Part shown: positions 12,101 to 26,117 of the stretch, in pieces
Numbering within the stretch: the first letter of the stretch is position 1
How the letters are laid out: each line of letters opens with the position of its first letter
Assembly (NCBI GenBank): GCA_038087875.1
Contig: CM075992.1
Location: 1,180,001 to 1,244,000, forward strand
Source of the DNA: Malacoraja senta
Taxonomy: Eukaryota
Reading direction: 5' to 3'
DNA length: 64,000 nucleotides
Program-made: the position numbers and the translations under genes
Notes under the pieces: model-generated
Databases searched by the model: none
The model's input: the letters and a program-made list of their open reading frames with translations, nothing else
Told to the model about the DNA's origin: nothing

Positions 12101-12999
12101 GAATTGGGCGGAATTTGGTAGCTTCAAGGGATTTGTTTAATGTTGTCAAGATTCTCATCAGGTTAAAGCTGAGCTGTTCATTGATGAGAATTTGGGCACG
12201 GACATTCCCAAGCCCGGCCCTGCGTTCATTTCCATCTTTAGACTGGGCAGGAGAGACCAGGTTCTGAGCCAACGTACGTTTTGCAGGTCAAGGAAAAACT
12301 GCTCCATCTTTGGCATCTATCAACGTTCAAATGAAAAAGGAAATGTCTCCCTCCCCCACTCCCCAGCCCAGCCTGGCCAATCCTATCCTTGCCGATCTTT
12401 CAAACTAATGCCACAAGATAACAATAAATGTAGAGATCAATCTGACCAGCGTCCATCTGACAGAAACGTCCAGCTTTCAATTATTGTAACAATGGCCTCT
12501 CCGTTATCACTGTTGCCAGTTACGTTGGAGCGAATACTACGATTCTTGTTGTCGTAACTAATTACTTTTACTTCCAGACCATCCAGAACATTTACAAAGA
12601 ATTTGAAAGGAACACAAAAGAAATGTGATTACTATAATGTGCTTATTCCCTTCAGATATCCATCTTGTGTTTGGTTCACAATGTCCTTGTATCAGATGTA
12701 TCTTTCCTTTCTGTTCCTTTGTCCACGCCCTTTGTCCCACCTTCCTCTCTTTCAATTACTCGGTCTGCATCACACTCTCTTCTCCTTATCGTTTTTGCAT
12801 CTCATTTAATTCTTGTATCTATCCAAATCTCTTCTCTCTCTCAACTCTCCTAATTCAGAGTTGTGTAACCTTTGGTTTTTTAATCACTGAAGAATTTCTG
12901 CAGGTGGCAAACACACCCTTACTCGAAATATTCTGCATGTGTGGAAAGAGAAATAAGTTCAAAATGTGTAGGAGCTGAATTGGGCCATTCGGCCCTTCA

Positions 13000-13536
13000 A
13001 GTTTGGGTCCCCTAATTTGAGGAAGGACATTCTTGCTATTGAGGGAGTGCAGCGTAGGTTTACAAGGTTGGCGGGACTGTCATATGCTGAGAGAATGGAG
13101 CAGCTGGGCTTGTACACTCTGGAGTTTAGAAGGATGAGAGGGAATCTCATTGAAACATATAAGATTGTTAAGGGTTTGGACACGCTAGAGGCAGGAAACA
13201 TGTTCCCGATGTTGGGGGAGTCCAGAACCAGGGGCCACACACACAGTTTAAGAATAAAGGGTAAGCCATTTAGAACGGAGACGAGGAAATACTTTTTCTC
13301 ACAGAGAGTTGTTAGTCTGTGGAATTCTCTGCCTCAGAGGGCGGTGGAGGCCGGTTCTCTGGATACTTTCAAGAGAGAGCTAGATAGGGCTCTTAAAGAT
13401 AGCGGAGTCAGGGGATATGGGGAGAAGGCAGGAACGGGGTACTGATTGGGGATGATCAGCCATGATCACATTGAATGGCGGTGCTGGCTCGAAGGGCCGA
13501 ATGGCCTACTCCTGCACCTATTGTCTATTGTCTATT
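13000..13536 (+). mobile_element. CR1/HER1 LINE 3' fragment with (CTATTGT)n tail
   Basis: ORF 13017-13445 is the CR1 ORF2 C-terminus. Confidence 0.9.
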
Positions 13537-14501
13537 TACTCCGCCATTCAATCATGGCTGATCTATCTTCCCTCCCGACCCCATTCTCCTACCCTTTACC
13601 CATGAACCCTGACACCCATATTAATCAAGATCCTACCAATCTCCACCTTAAAAATATCCATTGGCTTGGCCTCAACAGCCGCCTGTGGCAATAGTCAATG
13701 TTTCACGTCAAAAGTCCTTCTGACAAATAACTTTGTGGCCTACACCGTGAGTGTTTGCAGAATTTTTTTTTTTTTAATTGGTTCAGCCATTTGCCGTCAT
13801 ATCTGGCAAGTTAACTGGAATCATGACCGCATCGCATTTAAGTTGCTGATTGTTCCATGATCATCTCGGAATCCAGATAACTTTTGTCTTTTCCATCGCA
13901 AACCATCTTAAATCTTAAACAAAGTGGACGAGCTTGAGGCTCAGTTAGAAATTGGCAAGTTGTGGAAATTGCAGAGACATGAGATTGAAGAAGGGACCCT
14001 ACCCGACACATCATCGATACCTATTCTCCAGAGATGCTGTTGGAACCGCTGAGTTACTCCAGCTTTTTGTGTCTGTCCTAAACTTCTCCTACTCTCAGGC
14101 TCTTTATAAATTCATCTTTATCAAAAGAAAACTTCTTCCTCCCTGCCTGCAGTCTATTCACTCGATATTATGGATCAAACCTTTCTTCCCAATGCTGTGT
14201 TGTTGAATATCATTAAAGGTGCCCTACTCTCTGGCAATGTTCCCTTTGCTATATTATTTATTGAGTTTGTTCTTTCCAAAAAAATCAACAAAATCCTTTG
14301 CCTTACATCACCCCTGTCTCTACTTTCCCTGTCCTCCTTGAATGTTGTGTTCTCCAAAATTAATACTCTTTCTAACCTAGAATTACTGGAGTCATAGAGT
14401 GTGGAAACATGTCCTTCGTCTCAGCCTGACCATGTCAACCAAGATGCCCCCATCTTGGAGCCTGAAGAAGGGTCTCGACCCGAATCTATCTAAATGGCGT
14501 C

Positions 14502-14880
14502 GTACTATCTAAATGGCGTCAAGTTGGGAAAAGGAGAAGTACAACGGGATCTGGGGCTCCTTGTTCATCAGTCTATGAAAGTAAGCATGCAGGTACAGCA
14601 GGCAGTGAAGAAAGCCAATGGCATGTTGGCATTTATAGCAAGAGGAATCGAATATAGGAGCAAAGAGGTCCTTCTGCAGTTGTACAGAGCCCTAGTGAGA
14701 CCACAGCTGGAGTATTGTGTGCAGTTTTGGTCCCCTAATTTGAGGAAGGACATTCTTGCTATTGAGGGAGTGCAGCGTAGGTTTACCAGGTTAATTCCCG
14801 GGATGGCGGGACTGTCATATGCTGAGAGAATGGAGCGGCTGGGCTTGTACACTCTGGAGTTTAGAAGGATGAGAGGGAAT
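14502..14880 (+). mobile_element. CR1/HER1 LINE internal fragment
   Basis: [30 protein letters not shown]. Confidence 0.9.
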
Positions 14881-17704
14881 CCCGCTGAGTTTCTCCAGCA
14901 TTTTTAGCTGCCCCATGTACACTAGTCCCACCTGCCCACATTTGGCCCACATCCCTCTAAACCTTTCCTATCCATGCACCTGTCCAAATGTCCTTTAAAC
15001 GTTGTTATAGTTCCTGCTTCAACTGCACCATCCGGCAGCTCGTTCCATACACCCACCACCCTCTGGATGAAAAAGTTGCCCTTCAGATTCCTATTAAATC
15101 TTTCCCACTTATCTTAAACCTGGTTCTTGATAATAGGAGGTTGAGGTCTATTGTTGTCATGTCTACCGAGTTACAGTGAAAAGTTTTGTTCTGCATTCAA
15201 TCCAGGCCAACCCGACAATGGTACACATAAATACAATCAAACCAAACTCGTACAATAGGTAGAGTGAAGGGGATGATATGCAGTGCAGAATATAGCTCCC
15301 ACCATTGTGGTGCTCCAATTCCAGAGACAATGCCATAAGGAATAGTAGAATTAGACCATTCGGCCCATCCAGTCTATTCCGCCATTCATTCATGACTGAT
15401 CTATCTCTCCATCCTAACCCCATTCTCCTGCCTTCTCCCCATAACCCCTGACACCCGCACTAATCAAGAATCTATCTATCTCTGCCTTAAAAATATCCAT
15501 TGACTTGGCCTCCACAGCCTTCTGTGGCAATGGATTCCACAGATTCACCACCCTCTGACTAAATAAATTTCTCCTCATCTTCCTAAACGAACGTCCTCCC
15601 ACACTCCAAAGACGTGCAGGTTTGTAGTATAATTGGCTTGGTATAATTGTAAATTGCCCCTAGTGTGTGTAGGACGGTGTTAGTGTGCGGGGATCGCTGG
15701 TCAGCGCGGACTCGGTGGGCCGAAGGGCCGGTTTCTGCGCTGTATCTCCAAACTAAATTAAACTAAACTGCACCTGAATGGAGTATACTCACCTGGTCTC
15801 CTCCTATTTACGCAGGTGTACCACTTTCCTGTAGTCACACCCCATTGACTTCATAGAAACATAGAAAATAGGTGCAGGAGTAGGCCATTCGGCCCTTCGA
15901 GCCTGCACCGCCATTCAATATGATCATGGCTGATCATCCAACTCAGTATCCTGTACCTGCCTTCTCTCCATACCCCCTGATCCCTTTAGCCACAAGGGCC
16001 ACATCTAACTCCCTCTTAAATATAGCCAATGAACTGGCCTCAACTACCCTCTGTGGCAGAGAGTTCCACAGATTCACCACTCTCTGTGTAAAAAATGATT
16101 TTCTCATCTCGGTCCTTAAAAGACTTCCCCCTTATCCTTAAACTGTGTGACCCCTTGTTCTGGGCTTCCCCAACATCGGGAACAATCTTCAGTCATCCCC
16201 CAGAAGAACCATGAAGGACTTTTCTTCTGCCGCTCACCACATGCTACATGTTCCCAAACCATCAGATATTTACAGCTGCAACGATCCAACGCTTTGGAAT
16301 TCCCTCCCTGTCTGATGCCTAAATTATGATGCTCCTTAAAATCTCTCTCTTTAACCAAGCTCCAAGCTAATAGATAGTTTGCCTTGATATCTCCTGTCTC
16401 CGCGCCAAACTTTGTTAATAAAACATTTATGAAACACCTTTGGGTATTCAATGGTAAAGATGCAATAAAAATATATGTTGCACTTAATGTTGTCCAAGCA
16501 CACTAACACACTCTGATATTCTGTCTCTTTGCACTCTCATCTACTTACCACTCCCGTGTCTCCTCTTTGTCAAACATTCTCCTTATCTTGCCCCCCCTCT
16601 CTCTTTCCCTCTCACCACCCCCACCCTGAATATCTACCGGGATCTCTGCTGAGTGGTTTTATTGCTATGAATTGATTTCATAATAGCAATATCTCTAAGT
16701 GCATGTGTAATTTAACAAAGCAGAAATGTTCTAGCATTTTATCAATATTAACAATTAATATTTAACTGCAATAGCCAGGATGCAGACTCCCTGTCTCAGA
16801 TTTGTATAGAACTTCTATTTCAATTCAAGTGCAAGTACCTTTGTTTTTTTCCTTTCCATATCACTTGTGTGTGTGTGTGTGTTTGTCCTGATGGGCTGGG
16901 ATGATGCTGGGAATTGGAATATGTCCCCCCCCACCCCCCACCCGCTGCCCACGCCCGTATCACATCTGCCCTGATGTGCCCCGTTCGGTCACATTCCTGC
17001 CGCTGTGTATCGTTTGCCCTGTTGCCTTTCTCTCCACCATCTCAAGCCGGTTGTCATATCCAGCCTGAGGCCGGACAGCACCATTGAGTTCCGCTGGTAG
17101 TGCCACAATAATATATTGGTTATGGATAAAATATTACCCCCGATAACAATGATACTGTCTGAACGAGGGAGTGGAAACAAAGAGAAAAACATTAACACTG
17201 GCCACACAACGGTGAATATGTAATAATGTACCAGGCATGGAATAACGCACCCAAAATTTAATAACATCATTAAACATGTTCCCTTGGAGCAGAAGTAGTA
17301 TTCAGCCCATCAAGTCTACTCCGCCATTCAATCATGGCTGATCTATTTTTCCCTCTCAACCCAATTCTCCCGCCTTCTCCCCCATAACCTTTGACGCCCT
17401 TCCTCATCAAGAATCTATCTCCACCTTAGAAATACCCAGAGTCTTGGCCTCCACAGCCATCTGTAGCAACAAATTCCACAGATTCCCTTCATACAGTATC
17501 TAATCCAAGATATACCATCCCCTGGAAGTATATAGTAGGTAACTGTGAAGGATATTAACTGATTGAATCTGTGCTGGGCCTGAAGGATTTAGATTTCACA
17601 CCATATACAGGTGGCCTTATTCCTAATCTAGCTTTACAACAGTTGTCCTGTTGATAGCACACAGCAGAGGGAAATTAACTAGGTTTACCATGAAGTCATC
17701 AGGT

Positions 17705-18008
17705 TTAGTTTAGAGATACAGCACGGAAACAGGCCCTTCGGCCCACCCGGTCCCTGCCGACCAGCGATCCCCGCACATTAACACCATCCTACACCCACTA
17801 GGGACAATTTTTACATTTACCAAGCCAATTAACCTCCAAACCTGCACGTCTTTGGAGTGCAGGAGGAAACCGAAGATCTCGGAGAAAACCCACACAGGTC
17901 ACGGGGAGAACGGACAAACTCCGTACAGACAGCACCCGTAGTGGGGATTGAACCCGGGTCTCCGGTGCTGCATTCGCTGTAAGGCAGCAACTCTACCGCT
18001 GCGCCCCG
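17705..18008 (-). mobile_element. HE1-like V-SINE; other copies or fragments near 7900-8090, 9597-9900, 15595-15770, 22855-22964, 38637-38786 and 62453-62736
   Basis: Reverse complement of the same consensus. Confidence 0.82.
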
Positions 18009-18158
18009 TGAATCTGTTGCATTCAGAATGGACAATCATAGGCCAGGGTTCATGGCACTGAGTTTGGACAGTCTACCACACCATGAGTTAATACTTCAGC
18101 TGCTAAACCATTCACTGTTCAATAACTGAGCTTCTATCTCAATACCATATCAATACTA

Positions 18159-18627
18159 GGAATGAGTGGGTTAACCTATGATGAGTGTTTGTCGGCACTG
18201 GGCCTGTACTCGCTAGAGTTCGGAAGAATGAGGGGGGGGACCTCATTGAAACTTACCGAATAGCAAAAGTCTTGGATAGAGTGGATGTGGAGAGGATGTT
18301 TCCACTAGTGGGAGAGTCTAGGACTAGAGGTCACAGCCTCAGAATCAAAGGACGTTCTTTTAGGAAGGAGATGAGGAGAAATCTCTTTAGTCAGAGGGTG
18401 GTGAATCTGTGCAATTTGTTCCCACAGAAGGCTGTGGAGGCCAAGTCAGTGGATATTTGTAAGGCAGAGATAGATAGATTTTTGATTAGTGCGGGTGTCA
18501 GAGGTTATGGGGAGAAGGCAGGAGAATGGGGTTAGGAGGGAGAGATAGATCAGCCATGATTGAATGGTGGAGTAGACTTGATGGGCCGAATGGCTTAATT
18601 CTACTCCTATCATTTATGACCTTATGA
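18159..18627 (+). mobile_element. CR1 LINE 3' fragment (different subfamily)
   Basis: GDLIETYRI..RTRGHSLRIKG..EKAGEWG. Confidence 0.85.
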
Positions 18628-19702
18628 TATGGATTGTGGACGGCTGGGCTCCATCACCACTGCCCGTGTTAAACCACAGCGGGTCACCCTAATCAATTTA
18701 TTCCCACCCTGTGTTTTCTGTTCAATGTCCAATCCTCTCCCTATATCAGCTAATTAACTCCAGCCTCATGTGCTCCTATCTTTTTGGCCATCGACCCATG
18801 GAGAATTTAATTGAACACGTTCCAAATACACCACCTCCACTGGTTCCCCCTTATCTATTCCAGTCACACCTTCAATGAAGCAAGCAAGTAAGTAAGTTTA
18901 TTGGCCAGGTATTCACATACAAGGAATTTGCCTTGGTGCTCCGCCCACAAGTAACAACATGACATACAGTGACAGTTACAAGTGACTCAGAAAACACTAA
19001 ACATTAATAATAATAAAACATTAATGATAAAACACCATAGAAGTCCAGCAGTTGAATCAAATATAATTTTCCATTCATAAATCCATGTTTGCACTGCTCA
19101 ATCTGATTTTCTTTTCTAAGTGTTCCAAATTATATTATTGATGCCAGCATTTTCCTTACCATTGATCTCAGGATAATAGATCAGAAGTTCCCCGTCTCAC
19201 TCTCCTTCTGATGGGGTCACTTTTGCTACTTTCCCATCTTCAGCAACATTTCCAAGATCTGTAGAACTTTGGAAGATGACAATCAAAGCATGTGTTATCT
19301 TTAAAGCCACCCGTGTTTCAGTGACATCTCTCCTCATTCTTCCAAACTCGACTGCATGCAAGTTTTGTACACCAACCTGGTCAACCCATAAGATCATCCC
19401 ACCATCCCAGGAATCAGTCTGGTGGAATTTTTTGTCCCTACAGCAAATCTATTTTTCTTAAGTAAGGAAATCAACACTTCACACCATATGATACACGTGG
19501 TCTCCCCAAGACCCTGTACAACTGCAGGACATCCTTGCTTCTGTATTGACAACCTCCAGCAGTGAAGCCCCTTGTACCAACTCCTTTCTTAACTATTTGC
19601 TACACCTATATGTTTGCTTTCATGTGACTAATGTACAAGACTAATGTACAGGTCGTTCATGCTGCACAGCAATATTTCCCAATCCAGCACTAGTTAAATA
19701 AT

Positions 19703-19951
19703 TTGTTTGAGAAGGAACTGCAGATGCTGGAAATTCGAAGGTAGACAAAAATGCTGGAGAAACTCAGCGGGTGCAGCAGCATCTATGGAGCGAAGGAAAT
19801 AGGCAACGTTTCGGGCCGAAGCCCTTCTGGAAATAGGCAACGTTTCGGGCCGAAACCCTTCCGGGTTTCGGCCCGAAACGTTGCCTATTTCCTTCGCTCC
19901 ATAGATGCTGCTGCACCCGCTGAGTTTCTCCAGCACTTTTGTCTACCTACC
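19703..19951. mobile_element. Fold-back (palindromic) PLE-tail element with 11-bp TSD
   Basis: Inverted arms of about 75 bp; agttaaataat at 19692-19702 and 19952-19962. Confidence 0.85.
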
Positions 19952-20941
19952 AGTTAAATAATATTCTGCCTTTTAGTTATCTTAACATTTAGCCATACTA
20001 TACTGCATCTACCATGAATTGGTACATGCATTCCACCTGTCTAAATCATCTTGAAGCCTCTTTGCATCAACTAACTACACAATCCCATCCAGTTTTTGTG
20101 CAGTAGATATATTTACAAATATCCCATTTGGTTCCTTCACTCATATCATTGATTGTGATTAGCTGCCTAGTTTCCAATTATCTTACGATTGAACAGTCTC
20201 AGCCCACGATCCCAGCATCTCAGATTTTCTCCACATTTATTGAGTTTGAACGGCCTTAGTTCAGTTAGTCATTAAGATGATGATGCATTTTATTTGCTGC
20301 CGCCTTTCTGGACACCCAAGGACACCTTACAGGACATAAAATCACAATACATTTATCAATATTAAAATCTTGACACCTTACAATTTAACAAAGAAACATG
20401 TAAACATATAATCAGAGTAAAATAAGCTATAAAGACATCACAAATGCACAAACCAAAAACAGAAATTCGATCCAAAGAGGACAACAACAAAATTCAGAAA
20501 ACACAATATGAAGATCATATTGATCAAAGTTGTCATTAGATCAAAGTTGTAGACTCTCGGTCTCATACATAGAAATAGAAACATAGAAAATAGGTGCAGG
20601 AGGAGGCCATTCGGCCCTTCGAGCCTGCACCGCCATTCAATATGATCATGGCTGATCTTCATCATCGTGAGTTTGTACAGCTTCAGTCTTCTTCTCCATT
20701 GCCTCCATTGGTAACCAATGTATTGAGTTTGAACCTTTTCTATTCTCCAGTGTAGTGAGTATGTAGTCAGTCCAGCTGTCCACTGTGGATATAAAGAACT
20801 GCAGATGCTTGTTTAAAAAGATAAAGTGCTGGAGTAACTAAGCGGGGAAGGCATCCCTGGAGAACATGGATAGGTGACGTTTTGGGTTGGGACCTTTCTT
20901 CAGTCTTCTTCTGAAGATTGATTTATAAGACCCGACTCATT

Positions 20942-21326
20942 TATCCATGTTCTCCAGAGATGCTGCATATCTGACCCGCTGAGTTACTCCAGCACTCTGT
21001 GAAACGTCACCTATCCATGTTCTCCACAGATGCTGCCTGACCCGCTGAGTTACTCCAGCACTCTGTGAAACGTCACCTATCCATGTTCTCCACAGATGCT
21101 GCCTGACCCGCTGAGTTACTCCAGCACTCTGTGAAACGTCACCTATCCATGTTCTCCACAGATGCTGCCTGACCCGCTGAGTTACTCCAGCACTCTGTGA
21201 AACGTCACCTATCCATGTTCTCCACAGAGGCTGCCTGACCCACTGAGTTACTCCAGCACTCTGTGAAACGTCACCTATCCATGTTCTCCACAGATGCTGC
21301 CTGACCCGCTGAGTTACTCCAGCACT
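20942..21326. repeat. 66-bp tandem repeat (about 6 copies) derived from the PLE tail
   Basis: gaaacgtcac recurs at 21001, 21067, 21133, 21199, 21265. Confidence 0.95.
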
Positions 21327-21523
21327 GTGACTTTTTCAGCTGTCCAAATGCACTAGTTTGGATAATCTAGGCCAATCCTTAGGATATTGAATATGACAAT
21401 CTTTGTCAACTACAAAGTCTTCATCCAGTTCTCATTGCCTTGATTTTAGGCAGGCTGAGCAGGGGTTTCTCAAACTGGTTTGCTGGATCCTGGATAGTTA
21501 AAATCCTCAATAGACACAAAATG

Positions 21524-21723
21524 NNNNNNNNNNNNNNNNNNNNNNNNNNNNNNNNNNNNNNNNNNNNNNNNNNNNNNNNNNNNNNNNNNNNNNNNNNNNN
21601 NNNNNNNNNNNNNNNNNNNNNNNNNNNNNNNNNNNNNNNNNNNNNNNNNNNNNNNNNNNNNNNNNNNNNNNNNNNNNNNNNNNNNNNNNNNNNNNNNNNN
21701 NNNNNNNNNNNNNNNNNNNNNNN
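21524..21723. other. Assembly gap (200 N)
   Basis: Run of exactly 200 N; fixed size suggests a scaffolding join. Confidence 0.99.
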
Positions 21724-22540
21724 TTCATATGAAGAAAGACTGGATAGACTCGGCTTATACTCGCTGGAATTTAGAAGATTGAGAGGGGATCTTATAGAAA
21801 CTTACAAAATTCTTAAGGGGTTGGACAGGCTAGATGCAGGAAGATTGTTCCCGATGTTGGGGAAGTCCAGGACAAGGGGTCACAGTTTAAGGATAAGAGG
21901 GAAGTCTTTTAGGACCGAGATGAGAAAAACATTTTTCACACAGAGAGTGGTGAATCTCTGGAACTCTCTGCCACAGAGGGTAGTTGAGGCCAGTTCATTG
22001 GCTATATTTAAGAGGGAGTTAGATGTGGCCCTTGTGGCTAAAGGGATCAGGGGGTATGGAGAGAAGGCAGGTACGGGATACTGAGTTGGATGATCAGCCA
22101 TGATCATATTGAATGGCGGTGCAGGCTCGAAGGGCCGAATGGCCTACTCCTGCACCTATTGTCTATGTTTCTATGTCCTTCTACTCTCACTTTCTTTCAG
22201 ACTTTTCCAGATACAGCGCGGAAACAGGCCCTTCGGCCCAACGAGTCGAATATGTGGTAAGCCATTTTAGAACGGAGATGAGGAAAAACTTTTTCACACA
22301 GAGAGTTGTGAGTCTGTGGAATTCTCTGCCTCAGAGGGCGGTGGAGGCCGGTTCTCTGGATGCTTTCAAGAGAGAGCTAGATAGAACTCTTAGGGATAGC
22401 GGAGTTAAGGGATATGGGGAGAAGGCAGGAACGGGGTACTGATTGGGGATGATCACCCATTGAATGGCGGTGCTGGCTCGAAGGGCCGAATGGCCTACTC
22501 CTGCACCTATTGTCTATTGTCTATTGTCTATTGTCTATTG
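21724..22540 (+). mobile_element. Two CR1 3' fragments (21724-22176 young subfamily; 22255-22540) at the contig edge
   Basis: ORF2 C-terminus and microsatellite tails. Confidence 0.88.
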
Positions 22541-23125
22541 AATCCACCCCAACCAACGATCCCCGACACTAACACTATCCTAAATACTAGGAACGAGTTA
22601 CAATTTACTGAGGCCAAATTAACCTACAAACCTGCACGTCTTTGGAGTGTGGGAGGAAACCGGAGCATCCGGAGAAAACATGGCTCACGACTTCTGCACC
22701 AATGAATATGTCATTGACAATTGACTAATCTGTCCCCTGACAGCCTCATCCAGCCAGTTATGTACGGGACAAACAACAATGGTGTCAGCACTCAACCCCG
22801 TGGTACAGATCTCCAGTCAGAAAAACACCCCTTCATCTGTCACCGTCAATTATGGGGCGGTACGGTGACGCAGCGGTAGAGTTGCTGTCTTTCAGCGCCA
22901 GAGACCCGGGTTCCATCCAGACCACGAGTGCTGTCTGTGTGGAGTTTGTACGTTCTCCCGTGACCTACTTAATCAGTCCCTGCTTTTTCCCCAATAAACA
23001 TAAGTCCCATACCTTGGAATTCCTTCCCATAAACTGGTGCCAGGATTCAGGGGAGTTGCAGTAAGTGTAGGAAGGAACTACAGGTGCTGGTTTAAACTGA
23101 AGAGAGACACAAAATGCTGGAGTCA

Positions 23126-23437
23126 AAGCCCTGTCCCACTGTAGGAGTTAATTCAAGAGCTCTCACGAGTTTAGAAAAAATCAAACTGGTGGTAAGCACG
23201 GAGAATGAAGGTAGCGGGTACGTCGGAGCTCGGGGACGTCTCTTAGCGCTAACGGCAGGTACTCGGGAAGACTCGCTAACGGCAGGTAAGCACGGGAAGA
23301 CTCGTGAAGATTTTTCAACGCGATGAAAAATGTCCACGAGAGCCCCGAGTACCGACGAGCGGCCATTGCCGTAAATCTCCGAGTTCGAATCAGGACAAAG
23401 AGCTCTTGGAATGAACTCGTACAGTGGGACAGGGGTT
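23126..23437. mobile_element. PIF/Harbinger-type MITE inserted in ggagTAActcagc of a PLE-tail element
   Basis: TIR core CTGTCCCAC; flanks TCA / TAA; host resumes on both sides. Confidence 0.8.
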
Positions 23438-24357
23438 TAACTCAGCGGGACAGGCAGCTTCTCTGGAGAGAAGGAATGGGTGACGTTTCGGGTCGAGATC
23501 CTTCTTCAGACTAGTCAGGGGAAAGAGAAACGAGAGATATAGACAGTACAGGAAACAGGACATGGGCGTGGGTGAGAATGGGAACCTGGTGCGACTTGGG
23601 TTGGGGGAGGGATGGAGAGAGAGGGAGTGCAGGGGTTACTGGAAGTTAGAGAAAGCAATATTTCTGTTGCTTCTCACAGCAGGTATCCTGGAATAGATTC
23701 CGTCGGGCCCTGGGGATTTGGCCACCTTAACGTATCCATCTCCTGATATCGTATCCTCCACATCCTTCTCCTGGTGAGGTATTCTGTTATGAAGCTGGAA
23801 ATTTCCCCTGGGACTACACGTTGGTTTTCCTTTTGTTCCCAACAGGGACCTATAATTTCCTTAGCTATGAAGGTAGACAAAAATGCTGGAGAAACTCAGC
23901 GGGTGAGGCAGCATCTATGGAGCGAAGGAATAGGTGATGTTTCGGGTCGAGACCCTTCTTCAGACTGATCCTTAGCTACCTTCATTCTTCTAACAAACTC
24001 ATCAAAAGGTTGTAGGATTCTCACTTACGACGGCCATTCCATATCCTCTTTTTGCTTTCCCAATTTCATTCTCTCCCACATCCCCGCTAACGGAGAGGTC
24101 TCTGGTGATACCAAATATCTGACCATTGCTTTCTTCTTATGTGTAATCAAACCTTCAATTATCTTTGTGTAGGGAGGAACTGCAGATGCTGGTCCTCGAC
24201 CTGAAGAAGGGTCTCGACCCGAAACGTCACCCATTCCTTCTCTCCTGAGACGCTGCCCGTCCCGCTGAGTTACTCCAGCATTCTGTGGCTATCTTCGATT
24301 ATCTGTGTTCACTAAGCTTCCAAAATCTTTCCAAAAATAGCCACAAAATGTTGGAAA

Positions 24358-24835
24358 CAATAGACAATAGGTGCAGGTGTAGAGGCCATTCGGCCCTTCG
24401 AGCCAGCATCGCCATTCGTTGTGATCATGGCTGATCATCCCCAATCAGTACCCCGTTCCTGCCTTTTCCCCTGACTCCGCTATCTATAAAAACTCTATCC
24501 AACTTTCTCTTGAAATCATACAGAGAATCGGTCTCCATTGCCTTCTGAGGCAGAGAATTCCACAGACTCACAACCCTCTCCGGGTGAAAAAGTTTTTCCT
24601 CATCTCCGTTCTAAATTGCTTACTCCTTATTCTTAAACTGTGGCCCCTGGTTCTGGACTCCCCCAACATCGGGAACATGTTTCCAGCGTTTAATGTGTCC
24701 AAATCCTCAATAAGATCACCTCTCATCCTTCTAAACTCCAGAGTGTACAAGCCCAGCCGCTCCATTCTCCCAACATATGACAGTCCCGCCGTCCCGGGAA
24801 TTAACCTCGTGAACCTACGCTGCACTCCCTCAATA
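24358..24835 (-). mobile_element. CR1 3' fragment
   Basis: ORF 24568-24825 CR1 motifs. Confidence 0.88.
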
Positions 24836-25501
24836 GGGAGTAACTCACCGGGTCAGGCAGCATCTCTGGAGAACACAGCAGGTGACGTATTGGGTCAGGG
24901 CACTTCCAAACCCCAAACGTCACCCATCCATGTTCCCCACAGATGCTGCCTGACCCGCTGAGTTACTCCAGCACTCTGTGAAACGTCACCTATCCATGTT
25001 CCGGCAGCATCTATGGAGCGAAGGAAATAGGCAACGTTTCGGCCCGAAACCCTTCCGGGTTTCGGCCCGAAACGTTGCCTATTTCCTTCAGGGTTTCAGC
25101 CCGAAAGGTTGCCCATTTCCTTCGCTCCACAGATGCTGCCTGACCCGCTGAGTTACTCCAGCACTCTGTGAAACGTCACCTATCCATGTTCTCCACAGAT
25201 GCTGCCTGACCCACTGAGTTACTCCAGTTACTCTGTGTCTATCTTTAGGATAAACCAGCATCTGCAGTTCTTTGTTTCTACCTAACGAACATCTGTGAAG
25301 ACTGACAAAGCCCTTCACCACTTCTAGGGCAAACACTGCACAAGTGAGTCAGAAAAGTCGGCCGTGGAAGTTGGCTATGGGAACGGATCTGCCGGCTCCG
25401 GGCCGGGCCAGAGTTCCAGAACCCCAGCCGCAGGTGGCAAATTCCACCTGGCGATCGGCCATTGTTATCCCAATGAGTCAGAAGTTTGTCGGCTCACCTG
25501 T

Positions 25502-25938
25502 CATAGAAACATAGAAACGTAGAAAATAGGTGCAGGAGGAGGCCATTTGGCCATTCGAGCCAGCACCGCCATTCATTGTGACCATGGCTGATCGTCCCCA
25601 ATCAATAACCCGTGCCTGCCTTCTCCCCATATCCCTTGACTCCACTAGCCCCTAGATCTCTATCTAACTCTCTCTTAAATCCATCCAGTGACTTGGCCTC
25701 CACTGCCCTCTGTGGCAGGGAATTCCACAAATTCACAACTCTCTGGGTGAAAAAGTTTTTTCTCACCTCAGTCTTAAATGACCTCCCCTTTATTCTAAGA
25801 CTGTGTGGCCCCTGGTTCTGGACTCGACCAACATTGGGAACATTTTTCCTGCATCTAGCTTGTCCAGTCCTTTTATAATGTCATATGTTTCTATAAGATG
25901 CCCCCTCATCCTTCTAAACTCCAGTGAATACAAGCCCA
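25502..25938 (-). mobile_element. CR1 3' fragment (subfamily shared with 34077-34375, 56062-56693, 61803-62050)
   Basis: [17 protein letters not shown]; (TTTCTATG)n tail. Confidence 0.88.
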
Positions 25939-26117
25939 AGGCGCCACATTTTGGGGGGGGATTTCCGGGGGGGGGGGGGGTTGCTGGAAAATCAATGGCG
26001 GACCTGTATTTGATTTTACCATCCTGAGAAACAAAGATCCTCACTGTCTACCCTATCTATGCTATCTCCCCTTGTGTTCCCCACCCTCCTGGACATCCCC
26101 ATCTTTCAATGTCCCCA

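Noticed and set aside
20942..21326. CRISPR-like regular repeats
   Set aside because: No unique spacers, no cas genes, eukaryotic context; it is a simple tandem array
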